From a phage, in assembly GCA_019326865.1 (NCBI GenBank), contig GCA_019326865.1_4101.1: 64,000 nt of DNA. The stretch is one strand, 5' to 3'. Of this stretch, positions 18,886 through 34,812 are shown piece after piece (the stretch's first letter is position 1; every line of letters starts with the position of its first letter). Both the position numbers and the translations under genes were made by a program. The notes under the pieces are model-generated. The model worked only from the letters and a program-made list of their open reading frames with translations, was not told the DNA's origin and made no database searches.

Positions 18886-19092
18886 ATGCCATTATATACA
18901 TATCGTTGTGAAAAAGAAGAATGTAAACATAGTATGGAAAAAATTGTTAAAATTGCAAATCGTGATGAACCCCATGACTGCCCTAAATGTAATGGTAAAA
19001 AGACTATGAAGTTAGAAGTATTCACACCAGGTGATAAAGGTGCTAATCTTTATTTCCGTGGAAAATGGTTTGCAAATACTGGAGGTTACTGA
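18886..19092 (+). CDS. small Zn-ribbon protein (FmdB-like CxxC...CPxC)
   Basis: YTYRCEKEEC...DCPKCNG; 68 aa. Confidence 0.45.
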   Translation: MPLYTYRCEKEECKHSMEKIVKIANRDEPHDCPKCNGKKTMKLEVFTPGDKGANLYFRGKWFANTGGY

Positions 19093-19093
19093 T

Positions 19094-19393
19094 ATGAAAA
19101 TTAAAATGATTAATGATTACGTTCTTGTTCGTCAAATTGAAGCACAGAATAAAAGTTCTGGTGGTATTATTCTAGGGAATGTTGAGCCACCATGCATTGG
19201 TATGGTAATTTCCGTTGGTCCAGGTAAAGTTCTACCGAACGGACAACTAGCAGAGCATGATATTAAAGAAGGTGATATGGTTGTATTTGGACGTTCATCT
19301 TTGAACACCCCCCTAACTGAAGATCTTGGGGGTGGAGAAGACACATACTATGTAATGAAAATCGAAGAGATTTTTGGTAAGAAAAATGGCTAA
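19094..19393 (+). CDS. groES: GroES-family co-chaperonin (Hsp10 homolog)
   Basis: MKIKMINDYVLVRQIEAQNKSSGGIILG...GMVISVGPGKVLPNGQL...IKEGDMVVFGR...YYVMKIEEIFG follows the E. coli GroES pattern; RBS ggagg upstream of ATG 19094. Confidence 0.75.
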   Translation: MKIKMINDYVLVRQIEAQNKSSGGIILGNVEPPCIGMVISVGPGKVLPNGQLAEHDIKEGDMVVFGRSSLNTPLTEDLGGGEDTYYVMKIEEIFGKKNG

Positions 19394-20111
19394 AAATAAA
19401 TTTATACCATTTTGGATGATCCCTGCTCACTGGGGACTTTCTGGTAAGGCAAAAGAAATAGCCAAAGCATATTACTACAATGATGATTATGAAGCTGATA
19501 TGAAGATTGCAGAATTGACATATCTAACTCCATATGAAGTTGAAGTAGCACAATTGGATATCAAAAAGAAATATGGTGTAATAGAAGAGTTAGAATATCT
19601 AATTGCTATGCTAGATGTAGAATTGAAATATTCCAAAATCACTCGTGAACAGTATGATGTTAAAGTTCTTGATGCAAAATTGAGTACTGGTGCAATCACT
19701 GAAAAAGAATATGATATGGAAATCATCGAGCTAATGCCAGATGGTGATGAAAAAAGACTAAAGGCTATTGAATTTGCATATCGTTATGATGAAATCACAC
19801 AAAGTGAATATTCTAAGGAAATATACACACTTAGAAAAGAGCCTTGGATTGATTTGAATGTGGTTCTTGACCCTGAAACAAATGAAGTTGAGTTTGTGTT
19901 TGATTATAATGAATATTTCTGGAAAAAACTGAAAGCGGAAGGTCATCCAGGTAATGACGAAGAAGAAATTATCGATAATTTTGTTAGAGACTTAGGTCGC
20001 AAACTTGCTACAGATGATTTCAGTGATGATTATGACGCAAAGTTGGTGAGTGTGAACGAAGGATTAGACAAGCTACCTGGTTTACCTGAAGGGTTTCGTT
20101 CATATAGATAA
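19386..20111 (+). CDS. hypothetical protein
   Basis: ORF of ~240 aa; start ambiguous between 19374 and 19386. Confidence 0.45.
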   Translation: MAKNKFIPFWMIPAHWGLSGKAKEIAKAYYYNDDYEADMKIAELTYLTPYEVEVAQLDIKKKYGVIEELEYLIAMLDVELKYSKITREQYDVKVLDAKLSTGAITEKEYDMEIIELMPDGDEKRLKAIEFAYRYDEITQSEYSKEIYTLRKEPWIDLNVVLDPETNEVEFVFDYNEYFWKKLKAEGHPGNDEEEIIDNFVRDLGRKLATDDFSDDYDAKLVSVNEGLDKLPGLPEGFRSYR

Positions 20112-20117
20112 AATATA

Positions 20118-20148
20118 AAAAGGAGAGCGTGTGCTCTCCTTTTCTTTT
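20118..20148. terminator. bidirectional rho-independent terminator between convergent genes
   Basis: aggagagc-gtgt-gctctcct hairpin flanked by A-run upstream and T-run downstream. Confidence 0.7.
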
Positions 20149-20156
20149 GTAATATG

Positions 20157-20846
20157 TTAAACCAATGCTGGAAGGTATTGGAATAGTTTAATACCGAAAT
20201 CCCCTGCTGCATCAGCGGCCTGTGAACGTAGATAAACTTCAGTGACCCCATCTTTAGCAAGTAGTGGAACACCAGTTAGATCATCAATTAGTAGGCGACC
20301 TTCTTCATATTCAGTACTTGGAACGCCTTGTGGTGATTTTAGATCTTTGTTAAAAACACTAGCACGTTCAACTAGGAATGTGATAACAGACGCATCATCA
20401 ATACTAACTTTACCAGCACTAATAACACCATCTGGTGCGTTGGTGAAACCAGTAACTGGAAACACTTCACTACCATTTCCTGCAATGTTGGATGTTGCAA
20501 TAACAACTGCACGTTGTTGTACAACATCTACGATGCGTTTTACGTTAGTTTGTGCCGCATAGGATGCATTGTAATCTGATTCTAGTGATTCTAGAACGAA
20601 AGCAGAACCATCAACACGCTTGATACCTTTATCATTTAGGTATGCTAGAATTTCTTCTGGGATATCAGTGTTTAGAAAACGTTGTAAACCTACATAAGAG
20701 GAAACTGCTCCTGTTACAAGAACGTTCACGTCACCAAGTTTACTAATAGCAATAGATGCTAGGGCGTTAGTACCACAAAAGTAACCTAGAATACGCTCAA
20801 ATGAATACCCATTGATACGTTCAAAAGAAGTATTAGTATTTGACAT
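20157..20846 (-). CDS. hypothetical protein, tandem paralog A (possible virion structural protein)
   Basis: Shares QQRAVVIATSNIAG and RASVFNKDL with the neighbouring ORF 20862..21461. Confidence 0.55.
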   Translation of the reverse strand: MSNTNTSFERINGYSFERILGYFCGTNALASIAISKLGDVNVLVTGAVSSYVGLQRFLNTDIPEEILAYLNDKGIKRVDGSAFVLESLESDYNASYAAQTNVKRIVDVVQQRAVVIATSNIAGNGSEVFPVTGFTNAPDGVISAGKVSIDDASVITFLVERASVFNKDLKSPQGVPSTEYEEGRLLIDDLTGVPLLAKDGVTEVYLRSQAADAAGDFGIKLFQYLPALV

Positions 20847-20861
20847 AATATTACCTCTCTA

Positions 20862-21461
20862 TTATAGTTGAACTGGAAGAGCAGCACGTACTTTAATAGC
20901 TACAGCAGTAGATGCACCTGCATCACCAACACCATCAGTTCCTTGACTTACGAAAGTTTTAGTACGAAAAACTTTAGCTTGTGCAATAGATTTAGCTAGG
21001 TCAACAGTTGGATCAACTGGAGCAGGACATGCAGAACCTGGACGAACTTCTTGTTTATTAAATACGTCTTGACGTTCACAGATGAAAGTCAATGCAACAG
21101 AGTTAGCACCACCTTTAACATCAGTACCGCTAGTACCAAATGCAACTACGTTTGGGTTAGCATTTTTAAAATCTTCAGGAATAACAACTTCTGCATCAAG
21201 AGCAAGTAGTGAAGTCGTTACAAGAACAGCACGTTGCTGTAGTAGTTGAGTAACCATGAATAGGTTATATTGTGCATTGCTTAGTGCAGTTTGATATGCA
21301 TCAGCTTGAGCATCAGAACCATCGGACACAACTTTAGTAGTACCGATTTCAACATCAGTTGGTAGGTCGATTACGATGGTTACAAAACCGTTGTTGCCAC
21401 CCCACCATTCACGTGCAACACCAGACATACCATAGTTACGGTTAAAAGAATTAAGACTCAT
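20862..21461 (-). CDS. hypothetical protein, tandem paralog B (possible virion structural protein)
   Basis: QQRAVLVTTSLLAL and RQDVFNKQEV match paralog A; two TAAATAA-type elements lie upstream on the minus strand. Confidence 0.55.
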   Translation of the reverse strand: MSLNSFNRNYGMSGVAREWWGGNNGFVTIVIDLPTDVEIGTTKVVSDGSDAQADAYQTALSNAQYNLFMVTQLLQQRAVLVTTSLLALDAEVVIPEDFKNANPNVVAFGTSGTDVKGGANSVALTFICERQDVFNKQEVRPGSACPAPVDPTVDLAKSIAQAKVFRTKTFVSQGTDGVGDAGASTAVAIKVRAALPVQL

Positions 21462-21507
21462 GAAAATCTCCTTGTCGAATTTTGTGCAGGTTCATCCTGC
21501 TTAAAGT

Positions 21508-21584
21508 TATTTATCAAAAAATATTCCTAGCATTTAAATTTACTGGAATAATTAATGAATTTCTATGATATTATTTATCAAAAA
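21508..21584 (-). promoter_or_regulatory. two direct copies of tttttgataaataa (minus-strand sense), late-promoter-like
   Basis: Plus-strand ttatttatcaaaaa at 21508-21521 and 21571-21584; contains a TAAATAA core resembling T4 late TATAAATA. Confidence 0.4.
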
Positions 21585-27936
<6,352 letters not shown>

Positions 27937-28024
27937 GTAAACCGTCAAAGGAACAATGAAGTTTCTAAGACAATTGAAGCCAATTAACAAATAACAAAGA
28001 AACCCAAAATCAAGGAAGAAATAT

Positions 28025-29083
28025 ATGAAATCTCTAGCTGAAATTCGTGCACACCTAAAAGCAGAACAAGAAAAAGCAGAAGCACAAAAGAATGGTACAT
28101 TCACTGGTGAGCGTAAAGCTGATTCGTTTCTAGCTTTCTGGAACGTACCTTACAATGAACCACTAAATCTACGTTTTCTACCAGATGCTGATGAGTCCAA
28201 CCCATTCTTCTGGCGTGAACGTGACATGATCAACCTAACATTCAATGGTGTAGTCGGTATGCACACTGATAAAGTAACCGTACAAGTACCTTGTAATGAA
28301 ATGTGGGTTCCTAAATCTTGTCCGGTTCTGAAAGAAGTACGTCAATGGTTCCAAAGTGCGAATGAAACAGGGAATGAAGAACTAAAAGCAATGGCAGGTC
28401 GTTACTGGAAGAAAAAAACTTATCTAATGCAATGCTTTATTGCACCAGATAGTGTTGCAGTAAAAGACGACATTGCACCAGAAAATCCAATTCGCCGTAT
28501 TCTAGCTAACAAAGATATCTTTGATAAAGTTAAATCTATCCTACTAAACCCAGGTATCAAAGAATCCCCAACTCACTACGTTCAAGGTCGTGATTTTGGT
28601 ATTGTTAAAACTAAGAACGGTGGTGGATATAATAGCTACGACATGTCACAATTCTCCATGTCAGAGCGTCCACTAAACGAAGAAGAACTAGCAGCAATCG
28701 AAAAATATGGTCTATTCAATCTAAATGATTTTATGCCAAAACAACCAACTCCAGAAGAGTTGAAAGCAATCGAAGAAATGTTCGAAGCATCAGTAAATGG
28801 TGAAGCATATGATCCAGCACGTTGGGCATTTGCATATCGTCCAGCAGGTGTACCAAAGCCTAACACTGGAACTACCACTGTCACTGAATCAAAACCAACT
28901 CCTGCTCCAGTACAACAAGAGTCAACACCTGCACCAGTAGCACCTACTGTTCCAGTTACACCAGCACCACAAGCTGCTCCTGTAACCCCAGTCGCTACAC
29001 CAGCAGCATCTACGACTGAAGCACCAAAAGAACAACTATCTGCATCTGCACTAGTTGCTCGTTTGAAACAACAAGGTAAGTAA
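28025..29083 (+). CDS. gp32: ssDNA-binding protein (T4 gp32-like)
   Basis: LRFLP matches T4 gp32 IRFLP; Ala/Pro/Thr-rich C-terminal tail; position before uvsX; two promoters upstream. Confidence 0.6.
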   Translation: MKSLAEIRAHLKAEQEKAEAQKNGTFTGERKADSFLAFWNVPYNEPLNLRFLPDADESNPFFWRERDMINLTFNGVVGMHTDKVTVQVPCNEMWVPKSCPVLKEVRQWFQSANETGNEELKAMAGRYWKKKTYLMQCFIAPDSVAVKDDIAPENPIRRILANKDIFDKVKSILLNPGIKESPTHYVQGRDFGIVKTKNGGGYNSYDMSQFSMSERPLNEEELAAIEKYGLFNLNDFMPKQPTPEELKAIEEMFEASVNGEAYDPARWAFAYRPAGVPKPNTGTTTVTESKPTPAPVQQESTPAPVAPTVPVTPAPQAAPVTPVATPAASTTEAPKEQLSASALVARLKQQGK

Positions 29084-29101
29084 TAGTTTTTTGAAAAGTT
29101 A

Positions 29102-29128
29102 AGGGGCAACGGAGTTTGCCCCGTTTTA
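29102..29128 (+). terminator. rho-independent terminator
   Basis: ggggcaa-cggagt-ttgcccc hairpin followed by gtttt. Confidence 0.7.
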
Positions 29129-29153
29129 TTTCATAAAATTCAAGGAGAGAATT

Positions 29154-30275
29154 ATGAAAATGACAAGTGGTTTTGCGAACATTCTTAAAAACAGTACTGG
29201 TAGTGTAAAAAAGAATACTGGTGTTAGTGTTGGATTTCATGATCCAGATACATGGGTTAGTACTGGTAACTATGCACTAAATTACCGTATCAGTGGTTAT
29301 TTTGACCGTGGTATCCCACTAGGTAAAGTAACTATGTTTGCTGGTGAATCAGGTAGTGGTAAATCTTTTATTGTATCCGGTAACATCGCACGTGAAGCTC
29401 AACAACAAGGTATTTTTGTTGTAATGATTGACACAGAGAATGCTTTGGATTCAGATTGGCTACAAGCTCTTGGTGTTGACACTTCTGAAGAAAAACTTCT
29501 TAAAGTTAATATGGGTATGATTGGTGATGTAGCCAAATTCACTTATGAATTTATTGAAGGATATCGCAAAGAGTACGAAAATACACCTAAAGATGAACGC
29601 CAAAAAGTATTGTTCATTATCGATTCGATTGGTATGCTTAATACTGAAGTATCTAATGATCAAATGAAGGCTGGTAATCTTAAAGGTGATATGGGACATA
29701 AACCTAAGCAGCTAAAAGCATATATTACTAACTGTGTGAATTCTATTGGTTCACTAAATATTGGAATGGTTTGTGTGAACCATTCGTATGAATCACAGGA
29801 TATGTTTAATCCAGATCCTAAAGTGTCTGGTGGTAGTGGTTTGATTTATGCATCATCAATGGTGATTGCAATGGGTAAACTAAAACTAAAAGAAGATGAG
29901 GATGGTAATAAAACTTCCGATGTGAGTGGTATTCGCTCCAAATGTAAAGTTATGAAAACTCGTTATAATAAACCATTCGAGGAAGTCGAGATTAAGATTC
30001 CTTGGGATAAAGGTATGGACCCGCGTAGTGGTTTGTTGGATATGTTTGAAAAATATGGACTTATTGTTAAATCAGGTAACCGATTGATGTATGTTGATAT
30101 CGACACTGGTGAGCAAATCTTGAAATACCGCAAAGAATGGATGCGTAACGATGATTTATGTTTGGATTTGGTAATGCATCAATTTAAACGTCACCCACTG
30201 ATTGAAGAAGTCAAAGAGGAAGAAAAAGGTGATGAATCTTTTGGTGTAGATAGTTCAACTGATAGTACTGAATAA
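29154..30275 (+). CDS. uvsX: UvsX recombinase (RecA-like)
   Basis: Walker A GESGSGKS; DPRSGLLDMFEKYGLIVKSGNRLMY vs T4 UvsX DPYSGLLDMALELGFVVKPKNGWY. Confidence 0.9.
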   Translation: MKMTSGFANILKNSTGSVKKNTGVSVGFHDPDTWVSTGNYALNYRISGYFDRGIPLGKVTMFAGESGSGKSFIVSGNIAREAQQQGIFVVMIDTENALDSDWLQALGVDTSEEKLLKVNMGMIGDVAKFTYEFIEGYRKEYENTPKDERQKVLFIIDSIGMLNTEVSNDQMKAGNLKGDMGHKPKQLKAYITNCVNSIGSLNIGMVCVNHSYESQDMFNPDPKVSGGSGLIYASSMVIAMGKLKLKEDEDGNKTSDVSGIRSKCKVMKTRYNKPFEEVEIKIPWDKGMDPRSGLLDMFEKYGLIVKSGNRLMYVDIDTGEQILKYRKEWMRNDDLCLDLVMHQFKRHPLIEEVKEEEKGDESFGVDSSTDSTE

Positions 30276-30285
30276 TGATATGTTA

Positions 30286-30316
30286 TATGAATGGCCCGTA
30301 TGGGTCATTCTTTTTT
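30286..30316 (+). terminator. hairpin plus T-run overlapping the annotated 5' end of ORF 30291
   Basis: gaatggccc-gtat-gggtcattc followed by ttttttg; this is why the downstream start is placed at 30327. Confidence 0.55.
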
Positions 30317-30326
30317 GAGGATGTGT

Positions 30327-31931
30327 ATGATTGATATATCCAAATTATATAATATGATAAAAGACATTCCCCATCCTAATTCTCGTAAAAAAATACTAAT
30401 GGGGGAAATTTCCGAAGAAGATATGATGGAGTTCGGAACAACTGAATTAAAGCAGATTGATTATTGTATAATGAATAAATTAAAACATGTACCATTAGCA
30501 CCGTGCGGGGAAAATAAAAAATACCATAATGGAAAATATTTGAATGTATGTGAAAAATATAAACTTGGTGACAATCATTCATGTATAGTCTGTCATGAAA
30601 ATAAGACAAAAGAAACATTATCTAAAATGAAGAAAACTTCTTTATCTAAATATCAAACTGAATTTCCTAATCAGTCCATTGATGTAAAAAGAAAGATACG
30701 AGAAAATTCTAATTTTACTGAAGATGAAAAAAACGCAATTAATGAAAAGAAAAAAGAAACATCATTGAAACAATTCGGTACTGAACATCCAATGAAGAAT
30801 AGTACTGTTAAGTTGACACAAATTCAGTCCAGAAAAAAGACACAAGAGCAAACTAACAACAAAAGAATTAAAACTTTAATGCAGAAAAAAACATTAAATG
30901 TTTCTGAAAATTTGGATAAATCAAAATATGAAATTGTTGAATTGCGATTGGGGACTAATGTAAAAAGTACATTCAGGTGTTTACAGTGTGGACAACAATT
31001 TGATGCATTAAGTCATTGGGGATGTAAAGTTGTTTACTGTCCACAATGTGATGTTTCACCTATGCGTTCTAATATGGAAAATGATGTTGTATCTATCATA
31101 AAAGAAATAGAACCAACTATTGATATTGAACTTAATAATAGAAAAATCATAAAACCAAAAGAAATAGATATATATTTGCCTAAGTATAATTTGGGTATAG
31201 AAGTTAATGGAATGTACTGGCATTCTGATAAATTTAAGTCAGAAAACTATCATCAAGATAAAGTTAAAGCTGCTATGTCATCTGGAATGAAATTATTAAC
31301 AATTTATGATTATGATCTTTCAAAAAACAAAGATGTAATAGTTTCAATGATAAAAAATTCAATGAATAAATCTTCTTTTAATGTTTATGCAAGAAAATGT
31401 GAAATTAAAGAAGTACCTAAAGTTGAAGAACGTAATTTCCTAAACACCTATCATATTCAAGGATTTGTTGGTTCAAATATTTGTTATGGTTTGTATTATA
31501 ATTGCGAGTTAGTATCATTAATGTCTTTTGGTAAGCCAAGATTTAATAAAAATTTTGAATATGAAATTATACGATTTTGTTCAAAAGGTAATGTTGTTGG
31601 TGCAGCAGGGAAGTTATTAAAACATTTTGAGATAACTATCAAGCCTAAGTCATTGATTACATATGCTGATTTACGATATGGATATGGTAAAACTTATGAA
31701 AAAATAGGTTTTGAATACAAATATATTACTAAACCTGGATATTTTTATGTTAATGGAAAGGGTGATGTGGTTACTCGATATCAAGCACAAAAACATAAAC
31801 TTCTGAAGAAATACCCAGAATATCAAAATGAGACAAACATTACTGAATATGATATAATGGGGTCTGAAGGATATTTAAAGATATATGATTGTGGAAACGC
31901 TGTGTATGTGAAGGAATACAACAATGAATAA
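30327..31931 (+). CDS. multi-domain putative nuclease, paralog 2 of 3
   Basis: RBS gagg 6 nt before ATG 30327; core motif IDIYLPKYNLGIEVNGMYWH; C-terminal domain VYARKCEI...HIQG...FGKPRFNKNFEYEIIRFCSKGNVVGAAGKLLKHFE matches paralogs 1 and 3. Confidence 0.7.
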   Translation: MIDISKLYNMIKDIPHPNSRKKILMGEISEEDMMEFGTTELKQIDYCIMNKLKHVPLAPCGENKKYHNGKYLNVCEKYKLGDNHSCIVCHENKTKETLSKMKKTSLSKYQTEFPNQSIDVKRKIRENSNFTEDEKNAINEKKKETSLKQFGTEHPMKNSTVKLTQIQSRKKTQEQTNNKRIKTLMQKKTLNVSENLDKSKYEIVELRLGTNVKSTFRCLQCGQQFDALSHWGCKVVYCPQCDVSPMRSNMENDVVSIIKEIEPTIDIELNNRKIIKPKEIDIYLPKYNLGIEVNGMYWHSDKFKSENYHQDKVKAAMSSGMKLLTIYDYDLSKNKDVIVSMIKNSMNKSSFNVYARKCEIKEVPKVEERNFLNTYHIQGFVGSNICYGLYYNCELVSLMSFGKPRFNKNFEYEIIRFCSKGNVVGAAGKLLKHFEITIKPKSLITYADLRYGYGKTYEKIGFEYKYITKPGYFYVNGKGDVVTRYQAQKHKLLKKYPEYQNETNITEYDIMGSEGYLKIYDCGNAVYVKEYNNE

Positions 31932-32388
31932 ACCTTGGCATTGGATTATCAAAGATGATAAATCTAAAATTATTGAAATGATTGAGTTCTTTAACAAAGA
32001 AATTGAAGAGGCTCGTTGTGAAGTAAAGAAGATTGGCATCATTGAAAAAATTGCTCAAGAGATTCCTGGCTGGCATGAGACGCGTCTAAGCCAGCTCCAA
32101 GAACTTGAAGCAGTATTGGAAATGTTAGAAATTGAAATGCGTCAGATACAAGCCGAGAAGTTCAAATACTTTCTCGAAGGATACCGACGTGCACTATCTT
32201 CATCTGACTGTAAAAAGTATGTTGAAGGTGATAAAGATGTTTGTGAGTTAGCAGAACTTATAAACGAGGTATCTTATATAAGAAATACATATTCTAGTAT
32301 TGTTAAATCTTTAGAAATGAAAGCATTTCAATTGAATAACATTGTAAGGCTACGTGCTTCTGGTATAGAGGACGCACGTTTGGAATAA
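31924..32388 (+). CDS. hypothetical protein (weak UvsY-like pattern)
   Basis: 154 aa; C-terminal EGDKDVCELAELINE...AFQLNNIVRLR loosely resembles T4 UvsY ADKDVLKVDTSL...KHIQDMR. Uncertain. Confidence 0.4.
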   Translation: MNKPWHWIIKDDKSKIIEMIEFFNKEIEEARCEVKKIGIIEKIAQEIPGWHETRLSQLQELEAVLEMLEIEMRQIQAEKFKYFLEGYRRALSSSDCKKYVEGDKDVCELAELINEVSYIRNTYSSIVKSLEMKAFQLNNIVRLRASGIEDARLE

Positions 32389-32398
32389 TTATCATTAA

Positions 32399-32421
32399 GG
32401 ACGCATCCCGCGTCCTTTTTC
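32399..32421 (+). terminator. rho-independent terminator
   Basis: ggacgc-atcc-cgcgtcc hairpin followed by ttttt. Confidence 0.65.
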
Positions 32422-32438
32422 TATGTGAGATTAAACAA

Positions 32439-33257
32439 ATGACAAAATTAAATGAATTCTTATCAAATGTAGCAGTTCTTGATACTGAAACCACTGGTGT
32501 TGAAAGTGATGATGATATTATTGAATTTAGTATCTCATATCCATATACTTCACATGAAAACATTGATACTATTGATAACTATACATTGCGATATAAACCA
32601 CTGAAAGATATTCCACCAGAAGCATCGGCTGTTCACTTTATCAGTACTGAGGATGTAGCTAATTGTGTTGGGTATAAAGATGATTTAGATAACATAGATG
32701 CACTTATGGGATGCCGTAAGTATTTTGTTGGTCATAATGTACAATTTGACCGTAGAATGATGGTAGATAATGAATATAAATATCGTAACTCAGTTTCACA
32801 GTACTTACTCGATGAAGATAAATGGATTTGTACTCTTCGTTTGGCTAAGAAAATGTTTGCAGAAGATACCGAATATAAAAACTTAACTCTAAGTTATTTG
32901 TGGTATAAGTTTGGATGCCATCGAGATGTTCACAGACCTATTAATGCTCACGCGGCAAAAGATGATGTATTCATGTGTTATCAGGTTCTAATCAAATTGG
33001 TTGAAATTGCCATCGAACGTGGTCATATTGATTCCAATGGGGATATTGGTGAACAAATAGTAGCTTTTTGTAACACCCCAATGCGTTATCAATTCATGCC
33101 ATTTGGTAAACATAAAGGTGAGCCAATGAATACAGTACCATTGAATTACATTGAATGGATGATCACTAATAGTGACATTTTAGATGCAAGTAACCCTAAC
33201 TGTGATAAAGATTTAGTATATACATTTGAGTACGAATATAATACTCGAACTAATTAA
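32439..33257 (+). CDS. DEDD-family 3'-5' exonuclease (DexA/DnaQ-like)
   Basis: Exo I VLDTETTG and Exo II VGHNVQFD motifs. Confidence 0.65.
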   Translation: MTKLNEFLSNVAVLDTETTGVESDDDIIEFSISYPYTSHENIDTIDNYTLRYKPLKDIPPEASAVHFISTEDVANCVGYKDDLDNIDALMGCRKYFVGHNVQFDRRMMVDNEYKYRNSVSQYLLDEDKWICTLRLAKKMFAEDTEYKNLTLSYLWYKFGCHRDVHRPINAHAAKDDVFMCYQVLIKLVEIAIERGHIDSNGDIGEQIVAFCNTPMRYQFMPFGKHKGEPMNTVPLNYIEWMITNSDILDASNPNCDKDLVYTFEYEYNTRTN

Positions 33258-33272
33258 TAAAGGTAATCATGG

Positions 33273-34757
33273 ATGAAAACTTGTAAGTTAACCTTATTGG
33301 ATGAGGTGAATTGTAAATTTGAGGGACTTGATCCCTCAATTAGACAAAAGATGATTCGTGCAACTGAATATGTGTTACCATATGCAAAGTTCACACCAGC
33401 AGGACGTATTGGACGTTGGGATGGTAAAGTTCAGTTTATGAATTTAGGTGGAACAACTTATTATCATATGTTAGATAAGTTATTGCCTATTCTTGATGAA
33501 GCTAAGATTGACATTGAATTGGTAGATCATAGGGTAGATTATGGATTTAAATTTGACCCTATTGATGAAGATATTTTTAGTGATGTTGTATTCGGTGCAG
33601 GACACCACATGGAAGGTAAATCCATAAAACTACGTGAACATCAAGTTAATGCGGTTAATGCATGTTTGGCTAATCCACACGGATTACTATTGGCAGCTAC
33701 TGGTGCAGGTAAAACACTCATTACTGCTGCATTGTCAAAGAAAGTGCAAGAGTATGGACGTTCTGTTATAATAGTACCAAGTACTGACTTAGTACAACAA
33801 ACATATGATGACTATATTATGTGTGGGTTGGATACTGGTATGTTCTATGGTTCACAAAAAGATTTTGGTCACCAACATACTATTACAACGTGGCAATCAT
33901 TTAACTCTCTATGGAAGAAAACCAAGAAAGGTGAAATTGAATTAACTGAACAAGATGTTAATGATTTTATCGATGGAGTAGTTTGTGTTATCGTTGATGA
34001 GTGTCAAGGTGCAGGTGGTGACGCATTAGTTCAAGTACTATCTAAAGTTATGAACAACGTACCATTACGTTGGGGTCTTACTGGTACAATTCCGAAAGAT
34101 CCGGTTGTCGCCGCAAAAATCAAATGTAATGTTGGTGATGTTATATTTAAAATAACTGCAAAGGAATTACAAGATAAACAGATACTAAGTACATGTAATG
34201 TAAATTGCATAAAACTAAAAAGTAGTATGAAGTTTGCATCATATGCTGAAGAGTTGAAATACTTAGTAACTGACAGAGATAGAATGGCATATATAGCATC
34301 ATTGATATCTGCGTTATCTGAATCAGGAAACACTTTAGTTTTAGTAGATAGGCTTGAAGCGGGTGAGTTGTTATGTGAATTTTTAGGTATTCCCAAATCA
34401 GAATTTGTTCGTGGAGAAACTAAAAAGAAAGATCGAGAATCATCATATGGTGAAATTCGTTGGGCTGATAATAAAATACTTATTGCGACATACGGTGTTG
34501 CCAGTACTGGTATCAGTATTTCAAGGTTATACAATGTAGTATTGATTGAGCCAGGAAAAAGTTTTGTAAGAACTATACAATCAATCGGACGTGGATTACG
34601 CCGAGCAGAAGATAAAGACCATGTGGAAATATATGATATTAGTGGTTCTAATAAGTATAGTGCAAAACATTTACGTGAACGTTTAGCATATTATAAGGAA
34701 GCACAATATCCGCATAGTATAATAGATGTTAAAGATTGGGAAAACACAGCGGGATAA
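33273..34757 (+). CDS. uvsW: UvsW-like SF2 helicase
   Basis: Walker A ATGAGKT, motif II VDECQ; IIVPSTDL, ILIATYGVASTGISI and IQSIGRGLRR align with T4 UvsW IIVPTTAL, IIIVASYGVFSTGISV and LQTIGRVLRK. Confidence 0.8.
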   Translation: MKTCKLTLLDEVNCKFEGLDPSIRQKMIRATEYVLPYAKFTPAGRIGRWDGKVQFMNLGGTTYYHMLDKLLPILDEAKIDIELVDHRVDYGFKFDPIDEDIFSDVVFGAGHHMEGKSIKLREHQVNAVNACLANPHGLLLAATGAGKTLITAALSKKVQEYGRSVIIVPSTDLVQQTYDDYIMCGLDTGMFYGSQKDFGHQHTITTWQSFNSLWKKTKKGEIELTEQDVNDFIDGVVCVIVDECQGAGGDALVQVLSKVMNNVPLRWGLTGTIPKDPVVAAKIKCNVGDVIFKITAKELQDKQILSTCNVNCIKLKSSMKFASYAEELKYLVTDRDRMAYIASLISALSESGNTLVLVDRLEAGELLCEFLGIPKSEFVRGETKKKDRESSYGEIRWADNKILIATYGVASTGISISRLYNVVLIEPGKSFVRTIQSIGRGLRRAEDKDHVEIYDISGSNKYSAKHLRERLAYYKEAQYPHSIIDVKDWENTAG

Positions 34758-34769
34758 ACCCGCTGTTTG
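34746..34769 (+). terminator. hairpin acagcggg-ataaa-cccgctgt followed by ttgtg, overlapping the uvsW stop
   Basis: 8-bp GC-rich inverted repeat; a TGaTATAAT element (34770-34778) follows directly. Confidence 0.45.
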
Positions 34770-34812
34770 TGATATAATGTGTCATATGTAAACAACAAGG
34801 ATGTGGAATAAA

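Noticed and set aside
28636-29109. Listed minus-strand ORF of 157 aa (Gly/Ala/Cys/Thr-rich)
   Set aside because: Antisense to the Ala/Pro/Thr-rich C-terminal tail of the gp32-like gene; composition artefact.
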